DNA from: Actinomycetota bacterium
Lineage (GTDB): Bacteria > Actinomycetota > Acidimicrobiia > Spongiisociales > ZC4RG35
DNA length: 34,548 bases
Direction: 5' to 3'
Assembly (NCBI GenBank): GCA_027296205.1
Contig: JAPUJM010000109.1
Span: 1-34,548, forward strand
Shown here: one piece after another, positions 19,440 through 29,005 of the stretch
How the letters are laid out: the number at the start of each line of letters is the position of its first letter
How positions within the stretch are numbered: position 1 is the first letter of the stretch
Translations under genes and position numbers: made by a program
The notes under the pieces: generated by a model
Databases searched by the model: none
What the model saw: only the letters and a program-made list of their open reading frames with translations
Told to the model about the DNA's origin: nothing

Positions 19440-20369
19440 CTATCGGTAGGCGGTGAGGAGACGGCCTCCCAGATCCTTGACACGTTCGGCGACCTCGATG
19501 CCTTTCACCAGCCTGGCATCCTCCCCGAGACGAAGGAGCAAGCGGGCGGGCACTTCGGCATCCGGCGCCGAGAATCGGATCCGTGTGGAACGACTGCTCT
19601 GCCGAAGCACCTCGACCGGGTAGTACTCGAGGACCCAAAGTGCTCTCGGGTAAAGGTCGATCGTGCACACCACATCGTCCTCAGACGCCGTGTAGCCCAC
19701 TCCGGGCTCCGGGACGCGTTTCGGCCGCTCGAACATGTCGTCGGTCACTTCGATGTCCCGGATACGGTCGACACGAAAGGTGCGCTCTTCGTCGACAAGA
19801 CGACAATGTCCCATGACATACCAACGGCCCAGGGTGGTGAAAACGGTCCACGGCTCTATCTCTCGCTCGGTGGTTTCCTCCTTGCCGACGGAGCGATAGG
19901 TAATTCGCACCACCCGTTGGTCGGCGGCGCTGTTGCGGAGGATTCCGACGTTGTCCGACTCGTCGAGAACGTCTACGACGAGCGCCGAAGAGGCTTCCGG
20001 CATGACTGCCTTGGTCAGTTTTCGCACAGCCGATTCCAGGGCGGGTGTCGAGGTCCCCATTCCGACAACCGTCATTCCCGCAGCCAGTAGCCCAAGCGCC
20101 TCGGTGGACGTCAACCGGGGGGCGCGGGTGAAGTAATCGGCCGCGTCGATGATCACTTCGTCCTCGTCGATGTAGGCCTCCATGAGATCTCCGGGCCCGT
20201 ACCCGGGGAGTCCACAAACGAACACGGTGTTCAGGTCACGTGTGAGCTGGTCTTCCGAATAGTCGAACCGGTCGAGGATCTCGCTGACATCAGCCGATTC
20301 TTTCTCGAGCACGTAGGGAATTAGTGCCAGTATGCGTGACAGACGAGAGACGGTCCGGGAGCTGGTCAC
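19440..20369 (-). CDS. pafC: Proteasome accessory factor C (HTH-WYL regulator)
   Basis: 309 aa. N-terminal HTH (RLSRILALIPYVLE...), a central WYL-type segment (GRWYVMGHC), position after pafB. ATGA overlap. Confidence 0.85.
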   Translation of the reverse strand: MTSSRTVSRLSRILALIPYVLEKESADVSEILDRFDYSEDQLTRDLNTVFVCGLPGYGPGDLMEAYIDEDEVIIDAADYFTRAPRLTSTEALGLLAAGMTVVGMGTSTPALESAVRKLTKAVMPEASSALVVDVLDESDNVGILRNSAADQRVVRITYRSVGKEETTEREIEPWTVFTTLGRWYVMGHCRLVDEERTFRVDRIRDIEVTDDMFERPKRVPEPGVGYTASEDDVVCTIDLYPRALWVLEYYPVEVLRQSSRSTRIRFSAPDAEVPARLLLRLGEDARLVKGIEVAERVKDLGGRLLTAYR

Positions 20370-21286
20370 GGGAGATTCTCCAGGGCGGCCTCAATACGCG
20401 TGCGGATCTCATCTCGAATCTCGGGTGGCTCGAGAACCTCGGCAGCGTCACCAAAACTGAGCACCCATCCGACGAGCGCATCGCGGTTCGCAACCGGCAC
20501 GGTCGCCACTAGTTCAGCTTCGGGTTCTTCGAGTCCGAGGGTCCGGGCTGCCCACCATGCAACCTCGGAATCGAAGCGGATCTTTGCTTCGACCTCGGGG
20601 TCGGATCCGGTTTCCCAAGGCTGTGAATCCATGAGCGATCTGACATCGAAACCCCTCGGCTTGGCAAACGTCCCAGTCGTGGCGGAGACGGTGAGCTTCT
20701 CGATCCTGTCGACCCGATAGATCCTCTCACCTTTGGACCCGGCTCCGACCAGATACCAATGGCCACGTCTGTGTGCGATGCCGTAGGGATCGAGTTGGCG
20801 GGTCTTGTCCCGATACTCGAATTCCACGGCTCTCCGCTCTGTGATGGCCCCAAACAGAGATCCGAGCACTTCCGCTTCGGCGCCGAGGTCGGCACCGAGT
20901 GGTTCCAATCCAACACTTCGCTCTATCCCACCAAGCTTGAGGAGAGCATCCAGTCCGGCGTGTGAACCACCCAACCGCACCATTCTGGCCGCTACCGAGA
21001 GCGCGACCCGCTCCTCTTGGGTGAGGCCAGGATCCGGGATGGCGTACTCGTCAGGGTCTACCGTGTAGCCGTAGTCGACCTCCCAGGCGTCCAGAGGGTG
21101 ACGACTGAGAGGCACCCCGAGCTTTCGCAGGACGTCCTTGTCTCTTTCGAACATCCGGTGAAACGCCTCGTCGGTCTGCTCGTCGTAGCCGAGAACCGTG
21201 CGACGCACGTCCTCGGCGGTGACGGGAGCCGGTGACTCGAGCAAGTAGATCAGGAGATTGAGCACACGTTCGACCACGTTCTGCAT
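20366..21286 (-). CDS. pafB: Proteasome accessory factor B (HTH-WYL regulator)
   Basis: 306 aa. VERVLNLLIYLLES HTH and a WYL-type segment (RGHWYLVGA). Lies directly downstream of pafA. Confidence 0.85.
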   Translation of the reverse strand: MQNVVERVLNLLIYLLESPAPVTAEDVRRTVLGYDEQTDEAFHRMFERDKDVLRKLGVPLSRHPLDAWEVDYGYTVDPDEYAIPDPGLTQEERVALSVAARMVRLGGSHAGLDALLKLGGIERSVGLEPLGADLGAEAEVLGSLFGAITERRAVEFEYRDKTRQLDPYGIAHRRGHWYLVGAGSKGERIYRVDRIEKLTVSATTGTFAKPRGFDVRSLMDSQPWETGSDPEVEAKIRFDSEVAWWAARTLGLEEPEAELVATVPVANRDALVGWVLSFGDAAEVLEPPEIRDEIRTRIEAALENLP

Positions 21287-21308
21287 TACCTGGGTGCCTC
21301 GCCCTCCC

Positions 21309-22664
21309 TCAAAGACTTTCGATGAGTTTCTCCACTCGCTCGTCTTCGGACTTGAAAGGGTCCTTGCACATGACGGTGCGCTGAGCCTGGTCGTTGAGCT
21401 TGAGATGAACCCAGTCGACGGTGAAGTCTCTCTTGTGTGCCTTCGCCGCCCTGATGAAGGCTCCTCGGAGCTTTGCCCGAGTCGTCTGTGGAGGGGTGAT
21501 TACAGCCTCTGCCACCTTCTCATCGGTGACGACTCGATCGGTGAGACCCTTGCTCTCGAGCAGGTAGTAGAGACCGCGGCTCCGATCGACATCGTGATAG
21601 GCGAGATCCATCATCGATATGCGAGGATCCGACATGGGAAGACCTCGAACCTCTGAATACCTCACCAGAAGCCGGTATTTCATGACCCAGTCGACCTCCC
21701 GGTGGAGGGTCATCGGGTCCTTCTCCAGACCGGTCAGGAGATGCTCCCAACGATCGATGGCACGTTGGACCTCGGCCGGGAACCCGGGGCTTCGGGCAAA
21801 TCGCATGACTCGGTCGAGGTACTCCCATTGAATGTCTAGAGCGCTCAACTCCCGTCCATTGGCGAGTCTGATTTTTCGGGAGCATGTGATGTCATGAGAC
21901 ACCTCGCGGATGGCGCGTATCGGGTTTTCCAGGGTCAGGTCGCGGAACACCACGTCACGCTCGATCATCTGGAGCAGCGCGACCATCGTGCCGATCTTGA
22001 CGAACGTCGCGTACTCGCTCATGTTGGAGTCGCCGGCTATGACGTGAAGTCGACGGTACTTCTCTGCGTCGGCGTGGGGCTCGTCGCGGGTGTTGATGAT
22101 GGGTCTGGATCGAGTTGTCGCAGACGACACACCCTCCCAAATGTGATCGGCGCGTTGGGCAATCGAAAATGCCGTGCCCCGTGGAGTCTGCGTCAGCTTC
22201 CCGGCACCCAGAAAGATCTGACGTGTGACCAAGAAGGGGATGAGAACGTCGACCGTGCGATGGAAGTCCTTGTGTCTGCTGACCAGATAGTTCTCATGAC
22301 ATCCGTATGAGTTGCCGGCACTGTCGGTGTTGTTCTTGAAGACATAGATTTCGCCCCGGATGCCCTCTTCTTCGAGCCGTTCTTCCGCTCCTGTGACGAG
22401 ACCCTCCAGGATTCGCTCTCCTGCCTTGTCGTGGGCGACTACGTCTTCGAGGCTGTCGCACTCGGGGGTGGCATATTCGGGATGGGATCCCACATCCAGG
22501 TACAGCCTCGCCCCGTTCTCTAGAAACACGTTGGAAGAGCGACCCCAGGAAACGACCCGCCGAAAGAGATAACGAGCGACTTCGTCCGGGCTGAGCCGAC
22601 GCTGACCGCGCAGGGTGCAGGTGACTCCGTACTCGTTCTCTATCCCGAAGATCCTGCGCTCCAT
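21309..22664 (-). CDS. pafA: Pup-protein ligase PafA
   Basis: 451 aa. [16 protein letters not shown]...[21 protein letters not shown], the glutamine-synthetase-like Pup ligase signature. Paralogous to the dop ORF in this window. Confidence 0.95.
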   Translation of the reverse strand: MERRIFGIENEYGVTCTLRGQRRLSPDEVARYLFRRVVSWGRSSNVFLENGARLYLDVGSHPEYATPECDSLEDVVAHDKAGERILEGLVTGAEERLEEEGIRGEIYVFKNNTDSAGNSYGCHENYLVSRHKDFHRTVDVLIPFLVTRQIFLGAGKLTQTPRGTAFSIAQRADHIWEGVSSATTRSRPIINTRDEPHADAEKYRRLHVIAGDSNMSEYATFVKIGTMVALLQMIERDVVFRDLTLENPIRAIREVSHDITCSRKIRLANGRELSALDIQWEYLDRVMRFARSPGFPAEVQRAIDRWEHLLTGLEKDPMTLHREVDWVMKYRLLVRYSEVRGLPMSDPRISMMDLAYHDVDRSRGLYYLLESKGLTDRVVTDEKVAEAVITPPQTTRAKLRGAFIRAAKAHKRDFTVDWVHLKLNDQAQRTVMCKDPFKSEDERVEKLIESL

Positions 22665-22711
22665 GAACCCAGGCTAAACCGGATAGGAGCTCTCGGTCGG
22701 AAGACCGGTGC

Positions 22712-23380
22712 TCAGACCTCGGTGAACTGCTCCACGTCGAGACGGCGGAAGGCTCGTCTGCCGTTGGCGTCGTCAAGGACCGCGGCTTCCCAACCCTCCG
22801 ACTCTCTGTCATCGACGCGGCGAAATGACTCGACACCGGCTGCGAAAGCCTCCTCGAGGCTCATGCCCTCATGCCACAGCTCCTCGAGGACCTCTGTCAA
22901 CTGCTCGGCCTTCCCGCCTATGGCCACGAAGTTACGCTCGTCGTAAAGCGTTCCGTCATAGCTGATCCTGAACAGACGGTGCTCGTCACCATCTTCGGAG
23001 ATCTCGGCGATCAGAACCTCGACCTCGAAGGGCTTGGGGTCACGGGTGAAGATCATGCCGAGGGTTTGGGCAAACGCCGTGGCTAGCCCCATCGCGGTGA
23101 CATCATCTCTGGAATAGAGATATCCCATGAGATCGGCCTGGCGGATGCCCGCCTTGCGCAGTGTCTCGAACTCGTTGTACTTCCCGACGCCGGCGAAGGC
23201 GATGCGGTCGTAGACCTCGGAGATCTTGTGCAGAGCCGTGGAAGGGTTCTCCCCGAGGAGCAGAACTCCACCGCTGTAATCCACCGCGACAATGGACCTG
23301 CCTCGGGCGATGCCCTTCCGGGCGAATTCCGCCTTGTCCCGAACGAGTTGCTCGGGCGCGACGTAAAAGGGAATGGTCAT
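22712..23380 (-). CDS. prcA: 20S proteasome alpha subunit
   Basis: 222 aa, MTIPFYVAPEQLVRDKAEFARKGIARGRS... ATGA overlap with prcB. Confidence 0.9.
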   Translation of the reverse strand: MTIPFYVAPEQLVRDKAEFARKGIARGRSIVAVDYSGGVLLLGENPSTALHKISEVYDRIAFAGVGKYNEFETLRKAGIRQADLMGYLYSRDDVTAMGLATAFAQTLGMIFTRDPKPFEVEVLIAEISEDGDEHRLFRISYDGTLYDERNFVAIGGKAEQLTEVLEELWHEGMSLEEAFAAGVESFRRVDDRESEGWEAAVLDDANGRRAFRRLDVEQFTEV

Positions 23381-24171
23381 CGGATTGTTTCCAATGCCGA
23401 CTCTGCGATCGGGGCGATCACATCGTCGGAAAGCTCCTCAACACCGTCCGAATCGATTCGCACGACATTGGGGAAGATCCCGCGTCTGAGATCGGGGCCT
23501 CCGGTGGCTGTGTCCTCCTGCGAGGCTGAGACCAGTGCCTGGACGGCAAGTTGAGCCGCATCGTCGCCTGTCAGATCGTCCTCGTAGGCTGTTCGCAGAT
23601 ACGAGCGGGCCAGACGTGACCCGGATCCGGTGCTCCCGAAGTCGATTTCCTCGTAACGGCCACCCACGATATCAAAGCTGTACACCCGGCCAATCTCGAG
23701 GCGCTCGTCGTATCCGGCAAATAGCGGTACCACCACGAGACCCTGAAACGCCAGGGGGAGCTGGCCACGGACCAAACGGGCGAGAAAGGAGGCCTTTCCT
23801 TCCAGGGAAAGCCTGATCCCCTCGATCTTCTCGTAGTGCTCCAACTCCACCTGAAAGAGTTTGACCATGTCGATTGCCAGACCAGCAGTGCCGGCGATGG
23901 CAATAGCCGAATAGTGGTCGGCTTTAAACACCTTGCGGATGCGACGATGTGCGACGAGGTTGCCTTCCGTAGCCCGCCGATCACCCGCTATCACCACTCC
24001 ATCCGGGTAGTGGAGGGCAAGAACAGTGGTGCCTTCCGGCGCCGAGGGGGTTGTGGCACCTTCTGGAACAGAGAAGTTTGGGCTCGCTCCCACAATCTCT
24101 AGGAGGTCACTGAAGCTGGCCCCGGGCACCGGGACGTCGAGGGGCAACGGCCCCATCGGTCGTTCGGTCAC
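23377..24171 (-). CDS. prcB: 20S proteasome beta subunit with propeptide
   Basis: 264 aa. Propeptide followed by G/TTVLALHYPDGVVIAGDRRAT (catalytic Thr). ATGA overlap with pup. Confidence 0.9.
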   Translation of the reverse strand: MTERPMGPLPLDVPVPGASFSDLLEIVGASPNFSVPEGATTPSAPEGTTVLALHYPDGVVIAGDRRATEGNLVAHRRIRKVFKADHYSAIAIAGTAGLAIDMVKLFQVELEHYEKIEGIRLSLEGKASFLARLVRGQLPLAFQGLVVVPLFAGYDERLEIGRVYSFDIVGGRYEEIDFGSTGSGSRLARSYLRTAYEDDLTGDDAAQLAVQALVSASQEDTATGGPDLRRGIFPNVVRIDSDGVEELSDDVIAPIAESALETIR

Positions 24172-24356
24172 TGGCCGCCCTTTTGGACGTAGTTCTTGAC
24201 GAATTCCTCTGCATTCTCCTCGAGAACCTCGTCGATTTCATCCAGGAGATCGTCCAGGACCTCCATGTCGGTGTCGCTTTCGACCGTTGCTTCGGCTGTT
24301 GCTTCGGGCTCGTCCTTGCCCTTGTCCCGCGACTTGGAGCGTTCTCGGTCTGACAT
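24168..24356 (-). CDS. pup: Prokaryotic ubiquitin-like protein Pup
   Basis: 62 aa, acidic and disordered, with the C-terminal ...FVKNYVQKGGQ. The GGQ end implies Dop deamidation. Confidence 0.95.
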   Translation of the reverse strand: MSDRERSKSRDKGKDEPEATAEATVESDTDMEVLDDLLDEIDEVLEENAEEFVKNYVQKGGQ

Positions 24357-24361
24357 CTATC

Positions 24362-25831
24362 TCATCCTTCTAGACGTCGGAGCAGGTCCGCTGCGTCCTC
24401 GGCCTCGTCCAGGAGGGCGCCGACTCGTTCGGCGTCGCCTCTCAGGGGCTCCATCATAGGAACGCGCTTGAGATGTGATCCACCGACATCGAACACCAGC
24501 GAATCCCAGTTGGCGGCCACGAGTGAGTCTGGAAAATCGGATACGCAGCGTCCGCGGAAATAGGCACGTGTCCGTTGCGGCGGTGTCGAGACGGCATCCT
24601 CGACTTGTTGATCGGTATAAAGGGTGCGCATCTCGCCCCTGGCGACCAGCCGGTGGTACAGGCCCTTTTCAGGGTCGACATCGTGATACTGGAGGTCGAG
24701 GGCCCTCAGTTTGGGGTTCGACCACTCAAGTCCATCACGTGCCACATAACCCCCAAACAGACGTTTCTTGGCTACCCAGTCCAGGGTGTCGGCCAGTTGC
24801 ATCGGCTCGGTTTCAAGTAGCGCCAGGGTGCGCTCCCACTCCTCGATGAGTTGGTTCCACACGGGCTCATCAAGCTCCTTCTCGACATATTTGGCGAACC
24901 ATTCCAGGTATCTGCCCTGCAGTTCGAGAGCCGTGGCCGAACCTCCTCCGTCGAGCTGGATGGGTCGGCACAACGAAAGATCGTGACTCACCTGCCAGCA
25001 GGCTTCGACCGGGTCGGATAGGTCGAGCGGATCAGGGATGGCTCCGTCTTCGAGGGCGGCGAGCATCAACGCCGTCGTGCCCAACTTCAGGAACATCTGA
25101 ACCTCGGAGAGGTTGGCGTCGCCGATTATCACGTGAAGACGTCTGTACCGAGCCGGGTCGCTATGAGGCTCGTCTCTCGTGTTGATGATCGGGCGTTTGA
25201 GGGTTGTTTCAAGACCGACCTGCTCCTCGAAGAAGTCGGCGCGTTGCGTGATCTGAAAGTCGACATCGGGGCGGTCGTTCTCTCTACCCACCTTTCCGGC
25301 GCCCGTGAAGATCTGACGGGTCACCATGAAGGGAATCGCGTACCTGATCACGTCGCCAAACGGCGTCTCACGGGAAAGCAGATAGTTCTCGTGAGCGCCG
25401 TAGGAGTTCCCCTTGCCGTCGGAGTTGTTCTTGTACAGCGAGACCTGGCGTCCGGAGGTCTCCGAGGCGACGACAGCGGCTTGGTGCATGACTCGCTCCC
25501 CCGCCTTGTCGTAGAGCACTGCTTCCAGCGGGTCGTAGGACTCGGGACTGGAGTATTCGGGGTGGGCATGGTCGACGTAGAGCCGGGCGCCGTTGGCCAG
25601 GACGGAGTTGACCACGGCCCCCTCCGAATCGATCAACCCGTAAGTGTCGTGACCGAATCCGCGAGCGTCACGTCCCGGAGACTCCTCCTCATAAGACCAC
25701 TGGACTTTGACCCTCGCTCCCGGATAGCTATTGACAACGAGGGACGATGCCGCGGCCGGATTGAATCCGGGGTCACCCCTGACGACGATTCCGTACTCGG
25801 TCTCGGTTCCGAGCACCTTGTGGATTGCCAT
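24362..25831 (-). CDS. dop: Pup deamidase/depupylase Dop
   Basis: 489 aa. [17 protein letters not shown]...NGARLYVDHAHPEYSSPE. PafA paralogue located between mpa and pup. The ATG overlaps the mpa TAA stop by 1 nt. Confidence 0.9.
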   Translation of the reverse strand: MAIHKVLGTETEYGIVVRGDPGFNPAAASSLVVNSYPGARVKVQWSYEEESPGRDARGFGHDTYGLIDSEGAVVNSVLANGARLYVDHAHPEYSSPESYDPLEAVLYDKAGERVMHQAAVVASETSGRQVSLYKNNSDGKGNSYGAHENYLLSRETPFGDVIRYAIPFMVTRQIFTGAGKVGRENDRPDVDFQITQRADFFEEQVGLETTLKRPIINTRDEPHSDPARYRRLHVIIGDANLSEVQMFLKLGTTALMLAALEDGAIPDPLDLSDPVEACWQVSHDLSLCRPIQLDGGGSATALELQGRYLEWFAKYVEKELDEPVWNQLIEEWERTLALLETEPMQLADTLDWVAKKRLFGGYVARDGLEWSNPKLRALDLQYHDVDPEKGLYHRLVARGEMRTLYTDQQVEDAVSTPPQRTRAYFRGRCVSDFPDSLVAANWDSLVFDVGGSHLKRVPMMEPLRGDAERVGALLDEAEDAADLLRRLEG

Positions 25832-27558
25832 TACAGGTACTGGCCGCCGGAGACCTTTTCGATGAGCCGGCTCTCCTCGTCTCCCCCGACGAGCGTTCTG
25901 ACATAGACAATCCGCTCGCCCTTTTTCCCGGAGATCTTGGCCCAGTCATCCGGGTTGGTCGTGTTCGGCAGATCCTCGTGTTCGCGGAACTCCTGTTTGA
26001 TCGCAGCTTTCAGATCGGAGGAACGCACGCCGATCGGCCCACCAGCGATTTGGCGTTTGATCGCGTCCTTCTTGGCGCGCCTGACGATGTTCTCGATCAT
26101 CGCCCCGGAGGAAAAGTCCTTGAAGTAGAGCGTCTCTCGATCGCCATTGGCGTATGTCACTTCGAGGAATTCGCGGTCCTTGTCCGTGGCGTACATGTCG
26201 TTGACGGTGTTATCGATCATCGCGACGATGAAATCCCCGACAGAACCACCGAATGAACTCAATTCCTCGGAGTCGATCGGGGTCTCATCGGTGATGTAGA
26301 TCCGGAAGATCTCTCGTGCGGCAACAGGGTCGGGCCGGTTGATCTTGATCTTCACGTCCAGCCGACCGGGGCGGAGAATCGCCGGATCGATCAGGTCTTC
26401 ACGGTTGGATGCACCGATGACGACCACGTTCTTGAGTGATTCGACACCGTCGAGCTCAGACAACAGTTGAGGCACGATGGTCGACTCGACGTCAGAGCTG
26501 ATTCCCGAGCCTCGGGTGCGAAACAGCGAGTCCATCTCGTCGAAGAAAACGATGACGGGAACACCCTCGTCTGACTTCTCTTTCGCCCTCTGGAAAATGA
26601 GACGAATCTGACGCTCGGTCTCACCAACCCACTTGTTGAGCAGTTCGGGGCCTTTGATGTTGAGGAAGTAGGAGCGTACGTCGGGGCGTCCTGAGCGTTC
26701 GGACACCTTCTTGGCCAGGCTGTTGGCCACTGCCTTGGCAATCAGGGTCTTACCGCACCCGGGCGGGCCGTAGAGAAGAATGCCTTTTGGTGGCTCCAGT
26801 TCATACTCCTTGAACAAATCCTTGTGCATATACGGAAGCTCGACGGTGTCGCGAATCTGCTCTATCTGCTCTGCCAGACCGCCCACCTCGGCATATGTCA
26901 CGTCGGGGACCTCTTCGAGGACGAGTTCTTCCATTTCCGGTCTCTCCATCTTCTCCAGAATCAGACCGGTCTTCGTATCGATCCGGACATAGTCGCCGGC
27001 CCGGAGAAAGACCTCTGTCATCGCCTCGGAACGTTTGAGAACCTTTTCTTCGTCGGCGTGGGCAACGATCATCACCCGGCCGTCGTCGAGTGTCTCCCGC
27101 ACCCTCAAAACGTCGCCCGCGGGCTCGAAGGATCGGACGTCGATGACGTTGAAGGCCTCGTTGAGGAGGACCTCCTGGCCGACCTGGAGCTTCTTTACCT
27201 CCACACTTGGCTGGGCGGCGACCCGGAGCTTGCGAGAGCCGGTGAGGACATCGACGGAGCCGTCGGCGTTGACCTGTAGAACGGTTCCGAAGTTATTGGG
27301 AGGAGAGGTGAGCTTCTCCACCTCTTCCCTGAGCACACCGAGTTGTTCGCGGGCCTCTTCCAAGAGATGGGAGAGCTTGTCGTTCTGGGCGGCTGCGCGA
27401 TCAAGCCGATCACGGGTGCGTGAGAACTCCGACTCGAGGTCGTCGAGCTTGCCCGGGGCCTCGCGAACCCGGCGGCGAAGATAAGCGATTTCCTCTTCGA
27501 GTGCGGCGACGACCTGACGAACCTGAGCCGCGTCATCCTGTGTCCGTCCTTCTTCCAC
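25831..27558 (-). CDS. mpa: Proteasome-associated AAA+ ATPase Mpa/ARC
   Basis: 575 aa. N-terminal coiled coil, Walker A GPPGCGKT, Walker B FFDEMD, C-terminal ...GGQYL proteasome-docking tail. GTG start with an AGGAGG RBS. Confidence 0.95.
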   Translation of the reverse strand: MEEGRTQDDAAQVRQVVAALEEEIAYLRRRVREAPGKLDDLESEFSRTRDRLDRAAAQNDKLSHLLEEAREQLGVLREEVEKLTSPPNNFGTVLQVNADGSVDVLTGSRKLRVAAQPSVEVKKLQVGQEVLLNEAFNVIDVRSFEPAGDVLRVRETLDDGRVMIVAHADEEKVLKRSEAMTEVFLRAGDYVRIDTKTGLILEKMERPEMEELVLEEVPDVTYAEVGGLAEQIEQIRDTVELPYMHKDLFKEYELEPPKGILLYGPPGCGKTLIAKAVANSLAKKVSERSGRPDVRSYFLNIKGPELLNKWVGETERQIRLIFQRAKEKSDEGVPVIVFFDEMDSLFRTRGSGISSDVESTIVPQLLSELDGVESLKNVVVIGASNREDLIDPAILRPGRLDVKIKINRPDPVAAREIFRIYITDETPIDSEELSSFGGSVGDFIVAMIDNTVNDMYATDKDREFLEVTYANGDRETLYFKDFSSGAMIENIVRRAKKDAIKRQIAGGPIGVRSSDLKAAIKQEFREHEDLPNTTNPDDWAKISGKKGERIVYVRTLVGGDEESRLIEKVSGGQYL

Positions 27559-27702
27559 GGCTTTCCTCCTGGCCTAGGGTCGCCTGCAATGAGTATACGA
27601 AGGGGTTCGGTTACTTATCTGCGATCCTTTAGGCGCTCGTGAGATTGGTCCGGCAAAACGAAGACGTCGCGGGCAATCTCCCCGCGCAGTCCGTCGCCGG
27701 CA

Positions 27703-28494
27703 CTACGAACGGCTGGGCGCGGAATCGGTTTTGCGCATGAAGACGAGGAAGCCCGTGTGGCCGACCATATTGTGTTCCGGGCGCACGGATCGCCCGGACA
27801 CGTTCCAATCCCGGACGAGGAACTCTTTGACCTCGATCTCAGCGAACGTTCCCATCTCTCGTGCCTTCTCGACTGTCGTCTGCACTTGTGGGACCGTCGG
27901 AAGGTAGGCGCACAGGACTCCCCCGGATGGTTGGTGCTCTGATGCTGTCTCGAGGACGTGCCACGGTTCGGGGAGATCGAGAATGATTCGCTCGGGAGTG
28001 ACGTCGGCCACCGCATCGGAGACGTCTCCGATCCGCAGATCGATGTTCTCCGGGATCTCGCCGTACCAACGCTCGATCGCCTTACGGGCATGGGCCCCGT
28101 GGTCTTCCCGGATTTCGACGCTGACAACCCGTCCGCTGGGACCGACCGCACGGGAAAGGCCAAGTGTGAGAGCACCCGATCCGGTGCCTCCTTCGACCAC
28201 GGTCATCCCGGGGCCAATGTCTGCGTAGACGAGTATCGGCCCGAGGTCCTTGGGGTAGACGACCTGAGCCGCTCTCTTCATCTTCAGGATGTAGTCGGCG
28301 AGGCGGGGACGGAGAAGCAGTAGCACCGTCCCGGTCGACGCCTCGACCCAGGAACCGTCCTCAGCGTCGATCAGACTGTCGTGAGGGACGGAGCCCTGGT
28401 GGTACTGGAAGATGCGACCAGATTCGAGCTTGAGCAGGAAGTGTCGGCCCTTGGGGTCGACTAGGACTGCGGGGTCTCCCTCCGCGAGACCCAT
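27703..28494 (-). CDS. trmI: tRNA (adenine58-N1)-methyltransferase TrmI
   Basis: 263 aa. N-terminal beta domain (GDPAVLVDPKGRHFLLKLESGRIFQYHQGSVPHD) plus a SAM-binding VVEGGTGSGALT motif. Neighbours mpa, as its counterpart does in mycobacteria. Confidence 0.85.
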   Translation of the reverse strand: MGLAEGDPAVLVDPKGRHFLLKLESGRIFQYHQGSVPHDSLIDAEDGSWVEASTGTVLLLLRPRLADYILKMKRAAQVVYPKDLGPILVYADIGPGMTVVEGGTGSGALTLGLSRAVGPSGRVVSVEIREDHGAHARKAIERWYGEIPENIDLRIGDVSDAVADVTPERIILDLPEPWHVLETASEHQPSGGVLCAYLPTVPQVQTTVEKAREMGTFAEIEVKEFLVRDWNVSGRSVRPEHNMVGHTGFLVFMRKTDSAPSRS

Positions 28495-28586
28495 CAGAAG
28501 ATGGCTATCACCGAGAAGAGAAGTCCTATGACCATCCCGACAACGACGACCCAGACGATTATTTGCACGACTTTCTTGTTTTGCAT
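28494..28586 (-). CDS. Candidate 30-aa single-TM micropeptide, stop/start coupled to trmI
   Basis: My translation gives MQNKKVVQIIVWVVVVGMVIGLLFSVIAIF*. Its TGA overlaps the trmI ATG by 1 nt (TGATG). There is no clear SD and it uses AT-rich codons. It is below the ORF-track length cutoff. Confidence 0.3.
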   Translation of the reverse strand: MQNKKVVQIIVWVVVVGMVIGLLFSVIAIF

Positions 28587-28624
28587 GGTGTCTATATGGT
28601 TGCGGACGAAGGCAACGGTAGAAG

Positions 28625-28909
28625 ATGGCGAGCTACAAGAAGAAGTTCATGCGTCGCATGTGGGGCGGCTCGGACGCGATGGAGGTCGGTTTCGATCGCA
28701 CCCTGCGCGGGCTACGTGAGGGTGACAGCACCGATCTCTACTTCGGTTTGGCCTTGAGCGCCCTGGCGTATCTGCAGCGAACCAAGCCGCGGAAGAAGCT
28801 GATCTACCGGCAGTCGGTCCCCGAGGGGGCGGCCATCGTGATCCATCACAAGAAGTCGGGGAATCCGCGTCTCGAGATCATCAAACCGAAGAAGCGGGCC
28901 CGCGGCTGA
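28625..28909 (+). CDS. Basic hypothetical protein (94 aa)
   Basis: First plus-strand ORF after the 28.5-kb minus-strand array. MASYKKKFMRRMWGG...; no domain I recognise. Confidence 0.5.
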   Translation: MASYKKKFMRRMWGGSDAMEVGFDRTLRGLREGDSTDLYFGLALSALAYLQRTKPRKKLIYRQSVPEGAAIVIHHKKSGNPRLEIIKPKKRARG

Positions 28910-28922
28910 CGGTCCCGTGAAT

Positions 28923-28971
28923 CGTTTTGTGAAGATCTACGCGGGTTATGGCCGCGCGAATCTTCACAAAA
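28923..28971. repeat. Left 49-bp inverted repeat (self-complementary hairpin unit)
   Basis: CGTTTTGTGAAGATCTACGCGGGTTATGGCCGCGCGAATCTTCACAAAA is the exact reverse complement of 29950-29998. Internal 12-bp stem TTTTGTGAAGAT/ATCTTCACAAAA plus inner stem CGCGG/CCGCG. Confidence 0.95.
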
Positions 28972-29005
28972 ACTATCTGTCACCCGCCGTTGGCACCCTG
29001 GTCAC

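Noticed and set aside
27592-27597. TATACT on the minus strand, 34 nt upstream of the mpa GTG start, as a possible -10 promoter element.
   Set aside because: It is plausible, but there is no recognisable -35 or extended -10. A single hexamer in an AT-richer spacer is not enough to report as a feature.
28923-28971. The 49-bp hairpins could be ordinary Rho-independent terminators for the flanking convergent genes.
   Set aside because: The T4 and A4 runs are the paired outer ends of the stem (TTTT...AAAA) rather than an A-tract/stem/U-tract arrangement, so no U-tract trails the hairpin in either direction. Two identical inverted copies are also not explained by a terminator role.
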